This document shows, in pieces, positions 52,523 to 64,000 of a DNA stretch of 64,000 bases. The DNA comes from Octopus sinensis. Lineage: Eukaryota. The position numbers were made by a program, and so were the translations under genes. Position 1 is the stretch's first letter, and each line of letters starts with the position of its first letter. Under the pieces are notes generated by a model that saw only the letters and a list, made by a program, of their open reading frames with translations, was not told where the DNA came from and did not search any database. Where the stretch lies: positions 123,938,001-124,002,000 of the forward strand of contig NC_042998.1 of NCBI RefSeq assembly GCF_006345805.1, written 5' to 3'.

Positions 52523-54559
52523 GTTGCTGACAACTGTTTTATTACTACCAGAACTATTACAGACGATAATATTACATTTAACACGAGAAATCAAAGAAAA
52601 TTGAATTACAAAAATTGAACGTGGCATATCCGTAACCCATAATATTGATATAGTGTTATTTACAAAGGATATCGTATCCGAAATTGAAATAACAATCTTC
52701 GTATAATAAACTAGTAAACTGCAGCATAATAATATAAAAGAAACATGAAGTAGGGGTATGTAATAATTTATAATGATTTTGGTTGCATATGACATAATAA
52801 ATGTTGATTATTATATGTTAAGGCAAGTTTTATTGATAATAACACGGACGTCTAGCATATTTTGGAGTATAAAGCTGTTCATTATGTCTCTGATTTATTT
52901 CAATAAGACCTGAATAGTATAAAGAGCAAAAGAAATACAATATCAATTGCTGTTTAATATATACACGGACTCATATATATAGCGCTGTCTTGATATTACT
53001 ATACAAAATATATTATATATTGATTTCTAACAGTTGCATCAGTACAGGATTTTGTATTGGTGAGTGGTGTTTAGTCGGTGGGTTGAACTTCAAAGTACTC
53101 ATAATTTACCGATGATCAGAATGATGAAAAGAAAATTAGACATCATTGTATTCCCTACGAAGAGGTGAACGATGTTCGAGAATCATTTATAAAACATAAT
53201 GAAATAACATTTTGACATTACTTTTGCAATCTCAGCAATAAAATCTATCCTCGCAGATAAATTGCTTTTTCGATGTAATGAAAGCTAATCCAAACAAAAT
53301 GTCTCTCTGATACATATATATATAAATTCATACACGCACACACACATACATATATGTGTGTGTGCGCGTGACAGTGTATTGTTTATATGTCACATAATGT
53401 TTAAAAACAATTTAACAGTAAATTGAAGAATTACTCAATACTATTTTTGCCGAGTGCAAGTTTCATAAGATATTACAAGTAATTGGGTGACTGTGACTTC
53501 GACGTTTTGGTCTGAGAGCCTTCGTCAACTTGGTTTGAGGTACACCGCATCCATCTACTCATGCATACGTGTGTTTTTGTGTGTACATTTATGTATCTAT
53601 AGTATACGTACGTACACAATCCCCCGCATATATACCTATCTATCTACCAATCAATTTCTTTTTCTCCTTCCCCCCTCTCTCTCTTTCTTTCTCTATCTAC
53701 ATATGTATATATGTATATATACTATGCTTGTGTTAATATGTTTTTATGTTCAGTTATAATAAAAACAAGTTTATTTCTTATTTAATGGGTTACTTTGTAC
53801 GTTGGTAGAGTAGAAATTTATTATTCTTAAACAAGTATGTTTTGTTGAGAGTGACTTTGAAATTTCGGCTGACTAAACCGTGCATGTATGTATATGCGTG
53901 TGTGTATGTGTGTGTGCATGCGTGTGTGCATCTGTGTGTGCATGTATAAATAAATATATAAATATATGCACGTATGTATTTATATATATATATGTATGTA
54001 TATATACAAATGTAAGTATGCATATATATATATATATATATGTATGTATGTGTCTGTGTAAATGTATGTGTGCGCGTGTGTGTGTTTGTTTCTCTATGTG
54101 CTTGTGTGTGTGTGTACATAAAGAATGTTTTCTTGCAGTGTTTCGCTGTAAGGCAGATACCTGTCCGACGTTCGATTTTCATGGTTGCTATAAACTTTGT
54201 TTATTGAAATTCTTTCTTTCCTGCCTTAAGAAATACTATAATCATATTATACTTTATATCGTTATATATTCTTGTACTTTTAAATGCATATGGAATTCTG
54301 ACAGGTATGTGTTTAATTCTGCAAGAAAATATTTCTTCATCTGAGCACGTATGGTCTAATGACTCCGGTTAGATAGTCTTTCACTATTGCAGAAGTTTGG
54401 TGCTTCCAACTTAGAAGCAAAATAATGAGCACTTCTAATTTCATTTGCAAAATGTGAGAAGGGACACCAATGCGCTGAAGAGAATTCAAATATATTTGCT
54501 AGATATTTGGTGGCGTCGTGAATATTAAGACTTGCTTGAACTGATTTAAATTATCTACA

Positions 54560-55630
54560 TTAGGGTCGGATATGTGGTACATTACAGTGTTACAGTTGCG
54601 ATAGACAATGTGCAGCCTGACGAACAGAGGTAGTTGTCATCACTTGTACTTAATGATGGTGGTTTCTAAAGAAGCATTGTATGAGGTTAAAGTGAGTTTA
54701 TTGATACTGTTTTCCTTATGGTTGTTCTGATTGAGTACGATATATAGTGCTTTTAGGATATTGTTGCGTTAGTGCTCTGTAGTATATGATACTGGGATGT
54801 TGGAGGCGATGTTTCATATACTGTACCTCAGATGATTCTTCCCTCTTTGATACTTTTGTTACGTTGTAAATATGGCTTCATGCATAACACCTATTTTGTA
54901 CTTATGTTCAGTTGCGGTATTAATAGATCATAGTAAGAGATGACTTAATCTATGCTGGATTTTGCGTATTGTTTGTACATCAATGTTATTTGTTTCAGTT
55001 ATCTAAAAGAGGTATCTGTTACTGGTCTAAGTAGGTTTGGGAATTATTTCACTCTTTAATGCCCTTTACATGTTACACTAAATTTTTTAAAAGAAAAGTA
55101 TTATATAAATAGTAGAGCGTGCCTTGTATTTAAATTACTGAGTGTGATGATTGGTTGTATTTGGAAGAAGGTCGGCCGTGACTCTAAAAGATTCTATTTT
55201 GAGTCTATTATTCTATTGTAAGTTAACCTGCAAGGCGTTGGCCGTACTATGTTCCATTGTCAGAAATGTGGTGCAGAAATGAAATAGGAATGTTGTCATC
55301 TGCGTTTGAGTAAGTCTATTTGGGGAGAGGTGAAACTATTATGAAGATAAATTTTGAAAATACGATTTGAAGCAAAGGATCTCTGTGAAATTCTGTTCAG
55401 GAAATTACAGGTTCTGAATAATATGTTACTTTTGTGTAATATGTTACACTGCATCGGCTTGGCTGTCTGATAAACATTTTGTAGTCGACATTGTAAGTTT
55501 TTGTTTATAAAGGGATAGTGTAAATGGAATGGACAGTAATAATGATACTGGTGATAGCGTAGCATGTAAGGGAGGCTTGTTAACAAAGCCATAATTTATT
55601 TTTAGTTTTAGGTTCGTATATAATGTCATA
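54560..55630 (-). mobile_element. Probable heavily decayed Penelope-like element
   Basis: Weak broken-frame resemblance to PLE RT blocks (GxxxGSPLSP-like, TME...PTxT) and a GIY-YIG end; not alignable by eye with certainty. Confidence 0.35.
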
Positions 55631-55984
55631 TTTAACTATTTTAGTTTGAATCCAAATTGAGATTTGAAGTTTGTCTTTAGTGATGTCGAGAATTGGTGTT
55701 TCTAGAATTTTTATCGTTGGGTATACCAGGCCAATAGACCTGAGGCTTCTTCAATTAGACTTTTTTGTGCATTAGAAGTATTATAAATTTACTAAACTTC
55801 CGAATTTTGAGACTCTCTTTGTGCAAGTAATAGCAATAGCTTATGAAGAACATTGTGATCCCTTAGAACTGTAGCTTTTCAGGGTATATCTTTGCTATAT
55901 TTGTGGCTCTGAAGAAGTTTGTTAGCAAGTGATTGTCTCTCGTTCGTATTCCTTCATTGGATAGTCTCCGTTGGTTGGTTTTCG

Positions 55985-56490
55985 AGAAATATTTCATAAG
56001 GACATTGACTCATTTGCAGGGAAACTGATGGTTTCAGTTTGGGGGGATGAAAAAGACGTCGTGTGTATTGATTGTCTTCAAAAGGACCACCCCATCAATG
56101 GAGAGTATTATTCCTGCTTTCTGAGGCGGTTACGAAAGGCAACTCAGACCAAAGTCCTAGGAAAACTGACGAAAGATGTCTTGTTTCACTAGGACAATGC
56201 TCTAGCACACAACTCCTTGATATCAATAGTTGCTGCGCATGATTGTGGAATTGAACTAACTGGTTCATCGGTCACTCCATCTGACTACTGATAATTATAT
56301 GAAATCTGCTGTTGATAACTTTTTTTACCAACAGGATGAAAGCTTCTCCATCAGTGGAATCTAAGCTCTATAGCACTATGGAAGACGTATGTATATCCCA
56401 AGGTGGACTAAGCTGAAAAATATAGCTCGTTCTGTTACATTCCATGAGAGTATCTTGGTCATCCTATGAACATTTCAGTCGATCCTTGTA
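55985..56490 (+). mobile_element. Mariner transposon 3' half, decayed
   Basis: AGKLMVSVWGDEKDVVCIDCLQK...INGEYYSCFLRRLRKA...VLFH*DNALAH; terminus ACATTTCAGTCGATCCTTGTA. Confidence 0.88.
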
Positions 56491-56575
56491 CACATGACAA
56501 TCCCTTAACTAGAAATAATTTAGAAGTTAGCAATAGTTAACTGGATTTCAACTTTTGCCAGATCTTAAATCATAA

Positions 56576-56880
56576 GGTGCATGGCTCAGTGGTTAGCGCG
56601 TCAGGCTCACAATCATGAGGTAGTGAGTTCGCTGTGTTGCATTTTTGAGCAAGACACTTTATTTCATGTTACTTCAGTCCACTCAGCGGTAGAAATGCGT
56701 TATGACGTCGCTAGTGCCAAGCTGTATTCTCTTGGATACCAGTGGCGTGGAGTGGGGAGGCCCGTATGCTTGGGCGATTGCTGTTCTTCAATAGACAACC
56801 TTGCCCAGACTTGTGCCTCGGAGGGGAACATTCTAGAAGCAATCCCAATGTCATTCATGACCGAAGCGGGTCTTTACTTT
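56576..56880 (+). mobile_element. tRNA-derived SINE (family 3)
   Basis: GGTGCATGGCTCAGTGGTTAGCGCG head and TTTTGAGCAAGACACTTTA core; homologous to 26503-26830. Confidence 0.85.
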
Positions 56881-57614
56881 TTGTGGCCTATCAACCAATG
56901 CACAGCTAACTTCGAAACTGAAGAACCAAACAGATTTGTCCGCCTAGAAAAATCTCCATCTGTAAAGCGGAGTTACATAGAATATGTATAACACCCACCG
57001 ATGATATTAACAAGAATTAAGAATGGGTACAGAATACACAATCGAGACCAAATCAAGCAAAAATGTACATCGATTGAAATCTAGCGATAGATTTTTCTAA
57101 AAGTTAATCCTACTAGTCTCAATATGAGAGAAACTTAAGTGACCAAAAACACTCATTAATCCCAAATATCGAGGGAAATGCTTCCCAAAATATCAAAGAT
57201 GAAGAAGAATGAAACTTCTCTTTCTCCGTCAGTAAGTTGGTATTAGGGACCTCTGATTTTATGTGGTGTCATGGACGGATATTTTACAAATAGTTTTTAA
57301 TCAACTTCAGTATGCGAACGGAATTTCCTGTTTTTAATTACTGTGGTAAAAAGTGAAAAAATAACAAGACATTAATACATTGTGCGCCAACAATACCTCC
57401 GAGCATACGCTGATTTTTCGAGAAAATACATTGAGGTCAACATTCATAATGTTTACATACGTAGCAAATTACAGATGCACACATATAGATATACACACTA
57501 TATAAATGTGCGTGTGTTTGTGCACTCATGTATGCATACACATACACACAAATATATAACTCTGTGTGTGTGCGTGTGTGGTTATATATATATATATATA
57601 TATATATGTATAGG

Positions 57615-57682
<68 letters not shown>
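57615..57682. repeat. (GATA)n microsatellite
   Basis: Seen directly. Confidence 0.97.
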
Positions 57683-57685
<3 letters not shown>

Positions 57686-58689
57686 AGAAGTAATAGTTAA
57701 TTTTTAGCACTGAGTTAAAATTTCGTATGGTTAGAAAATTTCTTTCATCTTTATAAGATCGGTTAGCTATGAATCAAGTGAAATTTATATCGTTGCCTAT
57801 ACTGCGCAATTCACTTCACTCTTATTCGCAAATATGACATCAAATATCCAACAGATTTCCTGAACTCTTTTCTGCCCACTTGTGTCCCGTCTTGCAAAAT
57901 AGTGAATCGGTGTACGCAAGAAATTAATATTAATTTTACTTTTATAGAAGATTTTCAAGGTGGAAATTTTTTTTAGATCTATCTATTTCAAATCGTTTAC
58001 GTTTAGAAACAAAATATTGAAGGTAAGTAAAACTATAAGATATTTCTCTAGAATTAAAATATTCCTCATGAGAAATCTTTACAAACTTTTAACTTAATTT
58101 GACGGTGTAATTTTGATTGAAAAAAATAAAACACGAATACAAATGTAAGAGTTCATACGTTAGTTTTATTGCTGGTCGTAACGGAGTTCACATTATTTTC
58201 TACCTTTCCAACGCCGTTTATCTGTGTGTTTTGTAACATCTGTGAAATATAGATCGTTGTATCTCGTGCAAATGTAAACCTTTTTTTTTCTTCTTAATAA
58301 TACTCAAATATGGGCATTTATAAAATCATATACGCTAAACAGCTTCATAATTTTTTTCTGATATAGGTGGTGCCCCAGCATGGCCGCGGCCTTCGGGCTA
58401 AAACATTTTTAAGGATTTAAGGATAGGTAAAACTGTATAGGTTCTCAAATTCAAATTTTAAAATACTTACAAAAGTTACATATCTAATTATTATTCGTAG
58501 TGAACTAATTATTTGTAAATTTCTTAAAGAAGGGACACGAAACTGAATTGTCTGTGGCAAGTTGAGCTTTCAATCAAAGAAATCAGTGTACAGAGAATTC
58601 AAGATAAGAATTAAGAAATAACCTCCGAAATAAACGATTCCCATTATTATTAAGCCTATTTATTATTTCATTATTCTACAATGCACTCA

Positions 58690-59312
58690 TAATATTTTCT
58701 ACTCTAGGCACACGGCTAGAAATTTGTGGGGAGGGGTCAGTTGATTAGATAGACCCAACTACGCAACTGGTACTTAATTTATCGACCCCGAAAGGATGAA
58801 AGGCAAAGTCAACCTCGGCGGAATTTGAACTCAGAACGTCAAAGACAGACGAAAACCTATTTCTTTACTAACCACAAGGGGCTAAACACAGAGAGGACAA
58901 ACAACGGCAGACAAACGGATTAAGTTGATTATATCGACCCCAGTGCGCAACTGGTACTTATTTAATCGACCCTGAAAGGATGAAAGGCAAAGTCGACCTC
59001 GGCGGAATTTGAATTCAGAACGTAACGGCAAACGAAATACGGCTACGCATTTCGCCCGGCGTGCTAACGTTTCTGTCAGCTCGCCGTCTTACAATACAAT
59101 CATAATCTTTTCTACTCTAGCCACAAGGCCCGAAATTGGGGAGGGGGACAGTCGATTAGACCCCACTATGCAACTGGTACTTAATTTATCGACCCCGAAT
59201 GGATAAAAGGCCAAGTCGACCTCGGCGGAATTTGAACTCAGGACATAAAGACAGACGAAATACCGCTAAGCATTTTGCCCGGCGTGCTAACGATTCTGCC
59301 AGCTTGCCGCCT
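58690..59312 (-). mobile_element. Three adjacent family-2 SINE copies (~58690-58858, 58858-59080, 59085-59312)
   Basis: Each has ATCGACCCCGAAAGGATGAAAGGCAAAGTCGACCTCGGCGGAATTTGAA; two end in GCCAGCT(C/T)GCCG heads. Confidence 0.9.
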
Positions 59313-59388
59313 TATAATACACCCACAATGGATTAGAAAAAAGAATGATGATTCGTATAACTCCTTTGAGTTATTATTACGTCATACA

Positions 59389-59609
59389 TACGATGAGGTG
59401 CTGAAAAGTTGCTGGCTTTAAATGTGTCGCGAAAGGCCTGCTTGGAGACCCAACCTTCCGAGTTATTTTACAGTGTTTGAAAAAACTGATGGACCGATGC
59501 AATAAGTATGTAAATCTGAAAGGAGAACATGTTGAATGAAATAATAATTAACTGATCTTTCTGTATTTTCCTTTACACAAAGCCAGGAACATTTCAGCAT
59601 CCCCTCGTA
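59389..59609. mobile_element. Mariner-derived MITE; related deleted copy at ~62100-62282
   Basis: TIRs TACGATGAGGTGCTGAAAAGTTGCTGGCTT and AAGCCAGGAACATTTCAGCATCCCCTCGTA with TA ends. Confidence 0.85.
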
Positions 59610-59888
59610 CATGGGAAAGGAAATGAAAGTAATGTTAGAGCATCGGGAAAATACCTTCCGATATTTATTTCGACTATTTAGTTTTCGAGTTCAAATCACT
59701 ACTAGGTCAGCATTGATTCTCGTCATTTCGGTAACGATACAATGTTGTGCTAGTCATCTACTAGAGTTAGTATAATTTACTATTTTCTCATCTCAAATTT
59801 GTTAACTTTCTACCTATGTTGAATTATGATTACGTTAGACATAACAGTAGCCTCAGCTATACAGAGTATTTTTAAGGCACTCACATGC

Positions 59889-59925
<37 letters not shown>

Positions 59926-61841
59926 AGTGAGAATCAATATACAACTATGTACGAAACCCGTCTGTGCACAAATTCGCAAACAAATTACATATACACCCAA
60001 CAATCCATATTGGTACATAGATTCCACATGCCATCAACAATTCAGAAATTCTGTGTCTACCTTTTAATAATGTAATTCAATATTTATAATGCAATCTGGC
60101 GTCAATCGCTTACATGTAATAGCAGATTTTATACGATAGATTTATGTGTAATTATGGCTGATACATCTAATTGTTTCCAGTCAATACTTTGACTTTTGCA
60201 CAGCTAATAAATTCCATTCTCTCTTGCTGCTATCTTCCTATATGTTGGGCATTGCTCAAAGCCATAGCTATTTTTAATTGGATGAAACTCATAACTGTAT
60301 TCATTCATTCCTCTTCGTTATTCCTATGTTGATAATCACAGTCATCAATGTTTAACATTTCTTTACAGATTAATCATATTTCTGATTTCCCATGGTTCGA
60401 ATTATTATTAAATATCCAGTGAGTGCTTCCTCATAATTAGACACGCAAAAATAATCACCAACCTCACCTACATGCAAACGCACGCACACATACACAAACA
60501 CACACACACATGCACGCACACACACATACTTACACACACGCGTATATTTTATACTACGCACTACAGTTTTGTATTAATAGAGTTTAGCCAACGCTGTGTA
60601 ATACACACAAGTAAACATCCAAATATTTATAGCTTCTGTTTATACACTTATAACTAAAATCAAGTAGATGGATTTCAATGTTAGGCACATTTCGGCTGTT
60701 AAATTTCAGACGTACTCACTGTATCTATATTGCATACAAAAGATTTCTATGGGTTATACCCTAACATTTTAGCTGTCGCAGCTTTCGTAAATTAATTAAT
60801 GTTAATTCAGTAGATACATCAGACATAAGTAAGTGCTTATCATGTTTGTTATACAATCTCACTGTGGACAAGAACATAGGGAACAATAAGTACAAACTAA
60901 GCAACGTCGCTTCTCTGTTATTAACTTTCACCAACCATCAAATACTTTATATTTCAAAGTTACTTTGCTTTTTGTATTTGTAACTGCTATTGTTAAGCTT
61001 ACAAGTAAATCAAGTAGACCGTTTTGAATATTAGGCACGTTTTGGGCTGTTCGAAACGAATTTCTTGGTGAAGCGGTCTGGATCTATTGGGTTGTGTGTT
61101 GGACCTAAAGGTAGAAACGACAATTGTCACCAAAGATAAAGAAATTAGGGGCCCTAGATTGCTGAATCAAAGAACCTAAAAGACCTACCAGTTCAAACCG
61201 GAAGAAAAAGGCAATTACTGTTGTGGTAGAAAAGAGAGAAAGTGTGTGTGTGAATGAAACAAACAGACAGATAGGCACGCAGATAGATAGGCACGTAGAC
61301 AGACAGAGGGATAGGGAACGCATTAAGAAGACCGAGACTACAATATAAATACAATTAATGTTCATGTAAAAGATAATATTATTTGTTATCTTTTACGATT
61401 AAATATTAACGAATTTCATACACGTAGAGCAAGATATCGAATAGCATTGTCAAACCTTCTGACAAACCTTCATAATTCTACTGATCTAACGAGAGTATAG
61501 CTGTCACTGAATAAGCAAATGGCTGTGTTAAATCAAGAAAGTTTATATATTTGGCATTTGGTGGAAGATATAAAGAGTCTCCGATCAAAGTATGTATGAA
61601 ACCAAAGCTGTTGTTTTACAGAGAACGTGGCATAGTAGCACAATGAATAATGGCAATACTGGAGTAGAATCCTCTTAGATAGAACCAATTCTTATAGATG
61701 CAGGTTGGTACTCGTACATAAGTAAAAATGCATGTACATGTATCTGAGTATGTGTGTGTGTGTGTGTGTGTGTGTGTATACATGCATAGGTATTTATGCA
61801 TATATACATACATAAACGTATATAGAAACATACAAATATAT

Positions 61842-62053
61842 ATAATCTCTCGCCATATCGCGGTTCACCTATCGCGGTTTATTTTTTAAGCTTACGTCGA
61901 TTCCACCGTGGTGTTGTTTTGCATTTATAATCAAATAAATGTATCCAAATTATAAAAATAATTAAAAAATATACAGTACTCTTTCTACTTCGCGTATTTT
62001 CTTCTGACGTGAGTTTTTAGAACGTAACACCTGCGAAATTCGAGGGATTACTA
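61842..62053. mobile_element. Tigger/pogo-like MITE
   Basis: Ends TAATCTCTCGCCATATCGCGG and GCGAAATTCGAGGGATTACTA resemble CAGTAATCCCTCG-type TIRs. Confidence 0.7.
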
Positions 62054-63263
62054 TATACTCTAAAACGAGTTAACATACACGCACTCACATATATATTAAA
62101 GGTAGATGCTGAAAAATTCCTGTATTTAAGGGCATAGTTCTTTTACAGAGCTTAGAAAAGCTGAAGGAACGCTGCAACGAATATTTGAATATGAAAGGAA
62201 GATACGTTGAATAAAATCATAATTAATTGATCCTTTATTTTATCTTCCCTGAAGCCAGAAACTTTTCAACACTCCCTCGTATACACTCCTTTATCTACAT
62301 TTATGCTCATGAAAATAACCTACACATGAAAATACTGCCACATAGCCCGGAGCGGGCACGCACAAACTTACAGAAGGGAGAAAATAAAAGGGGTTTGGTT
62401 ATATTATTGAGGAGCTAATATTTAATGAGTTTCTGGTTCAGGGACAAAATATTAATCGCTTTGGCTGTCATTTTACTTGGAATTATTCTTCAAATTATAA
62501 GGGTGTCTGTGTTTACAGAAAAATAGAAAGACACTTGAATAACATGTTGCCTAATCTATTATGAAATGAAAGCACTTTAAGTCAATCCATTGTACAAATC
62601 TTGCAGTCTTTTTATTTTCCGTGTATACTGGGTAATGCTTATGATGTACAAGATTTTAAACGTTGTAATTTTCCTTAGTAAATATATGTTACCAAATACT
62701 TGTTACTTAACGTATGTCTTTGCAAAGTATAGCAGTGTTTAAATTTGCTTGATGCGAAGGTAGTATCAGAATATTGCATTGCGTAACAGACATTTACACA
62801 TATGGGGTTTCTTGGTTGAAATATTCGAGATTTCTAAGGATTTCAGTAAAGAAGAATTTGTTTTGCAATTACCAAGTATTTTGTTTTATTTTTGTATGTT
62901 TGCTATTTTATTATTACAAGGATCGAATTTACTTTTAGTGTTCATGTGAATATAATTACTTTCAATATTGGATTTGCGTGCCTATAATGGAAATGAGATC
63001 TTCAATAAAGTTGAGTACGATGTTGACCCTCATAATCATGAGCCTCAGGTTAGTAGATGATTTTATATCAGCTGTTTCTTCGTTTACAGAATAGATATTT
63101 GATACTCCAGGTGAAAATTAATCGTTTCCCTATTATTAATTCTGTCTTGGGGTGTTTAAGACATTGTCAAGTCTGTTTATTCACATTAATATGATATTCT
63201 GTCATAAGTTGCCATTAGGATTCCTATGTACATTAAGCTTGTGATTTTATATAAATATATATA

Positions 63264-63662
63264 TAGGCGCAGGAGCGGCTGTGTGATAAGTAGTTTGCTT
63301 ACCAACCACATGGTTCCGGGTTCAGTCCCACTGCGTGGCACCTTGGGCATGTGTCTTCTACTATAGCCTCGCGCCGACCAAAGCCTTGTGAGTGGATTTG
63401 GTAGACGGAGACTGAAAGAAGCCCGTCGTATATATGTATATATATATGTGCGTGTATGTTTGTGTGTCTGTGTTTGTCCCCCTAGCATTGCTTGACAACC
63501 GATGCTGGTGTGTTTATGTCCCCGTCACTTAGTGGTTCGGCAAAAGAGACCGATAAAATAAGTACTGGGCTTACAAAGAATAAATCCCGGGGTCGAGTTG
63601 CTCGATTAGAGGCGGTACTCCAGCATGGCCGCAGTCAAATGACTGAAACAAGTAAAAGAGTA
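63264..63662 (+). mobile_element. tRNA-derived SINE (family 1), full length
   Basis: TAGGCGCAGGAGCGGCTGTGTGATAAG head, B-box GGTTCAGTCCC, tail CAGCATGGCCGCAGTCAAATGACTGAAACAAGTAAAAGAG. Confidence 0.92.
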
Positions 63663-64000
63663 ATATATATATAAATATATATATATAATTCAAATAATCA
63701 GAAAATGAAGAAAACCTTTGATCAACAAACAAACAAATTAGGCCATATTGGTAGATTATTTTTTAATACAAAACATGATATAACATTTCTTATGGCCGTT
63801 TCGAATTCCAGTATTAGTCGGTGCTTATGAAAGAATTTCGATGTGTTGGGACATGGAGTTTTTAGCCATGGTAGTAATTAGCATGTGATTTAATTTTAAT
63901 TTTTAGTCACTTAAATATTTGTCGTTTTGTGTTTTTGCCTTTTCGTGTACCTATGGGGCAGAATTTTCTTAGGTATTTACCTTGGTATTTACTTAGGTAT

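Noticed and set aside
63785-63830. GAAACGGCCATA stem-III-like motif on the minus strand
   Set aside because: No CUGANGA-like core upstream; cannot be folded as a hammerhead.

Overview
Eukaryotic, AT-rich, microsatellite-dense genomic DNA with no host protein-coding gene that I can support. The repeat families look like those of cephalopod molluscs (Octopus); this is inferred from recalled SINE sequences, not from a search. The window is a mosaic of mostly decayed mobile elements: three tRNA-derived SINE families, Penelope-like elements (PLEs) with hammerhead-ribozyme motifs, R4/Dong-type RLE LINE fragments stacked in (TAA)n tracts, mariner relics and MITEs, a non-autonomous Helitron, hAT- and Tigger-like MITEs, and a decayed DNA-transposon ORF. 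The most notable structure is a set of Tx1/L1-like retroelements. One copy (40.9-42.7 kb) keeps ORF1 and the start of an endonuclease ORF2. Other copies carry only a zinc-knuckle ORF1 joined directly to a 3' UTR: one near-intact at 45.75-47.38 kb and four head-to-tail at 20.5-25.7 kb (the last is 3'-truncated). These elements share a hairpin before the ORF1 AUG, a covarying 3'-UTR stem-loop and a ~38-nt 3' tail. The same tail ends an abundant SINE, which suggests a LINE / half-LINE / SINE partnership. One near-canonical minimal hammerhead (47489-47565) and a U3-A8 hammerhead variant inside a 304-bp tandem duplication were also found. Element boundaries are approximate unless a motif is quoted.
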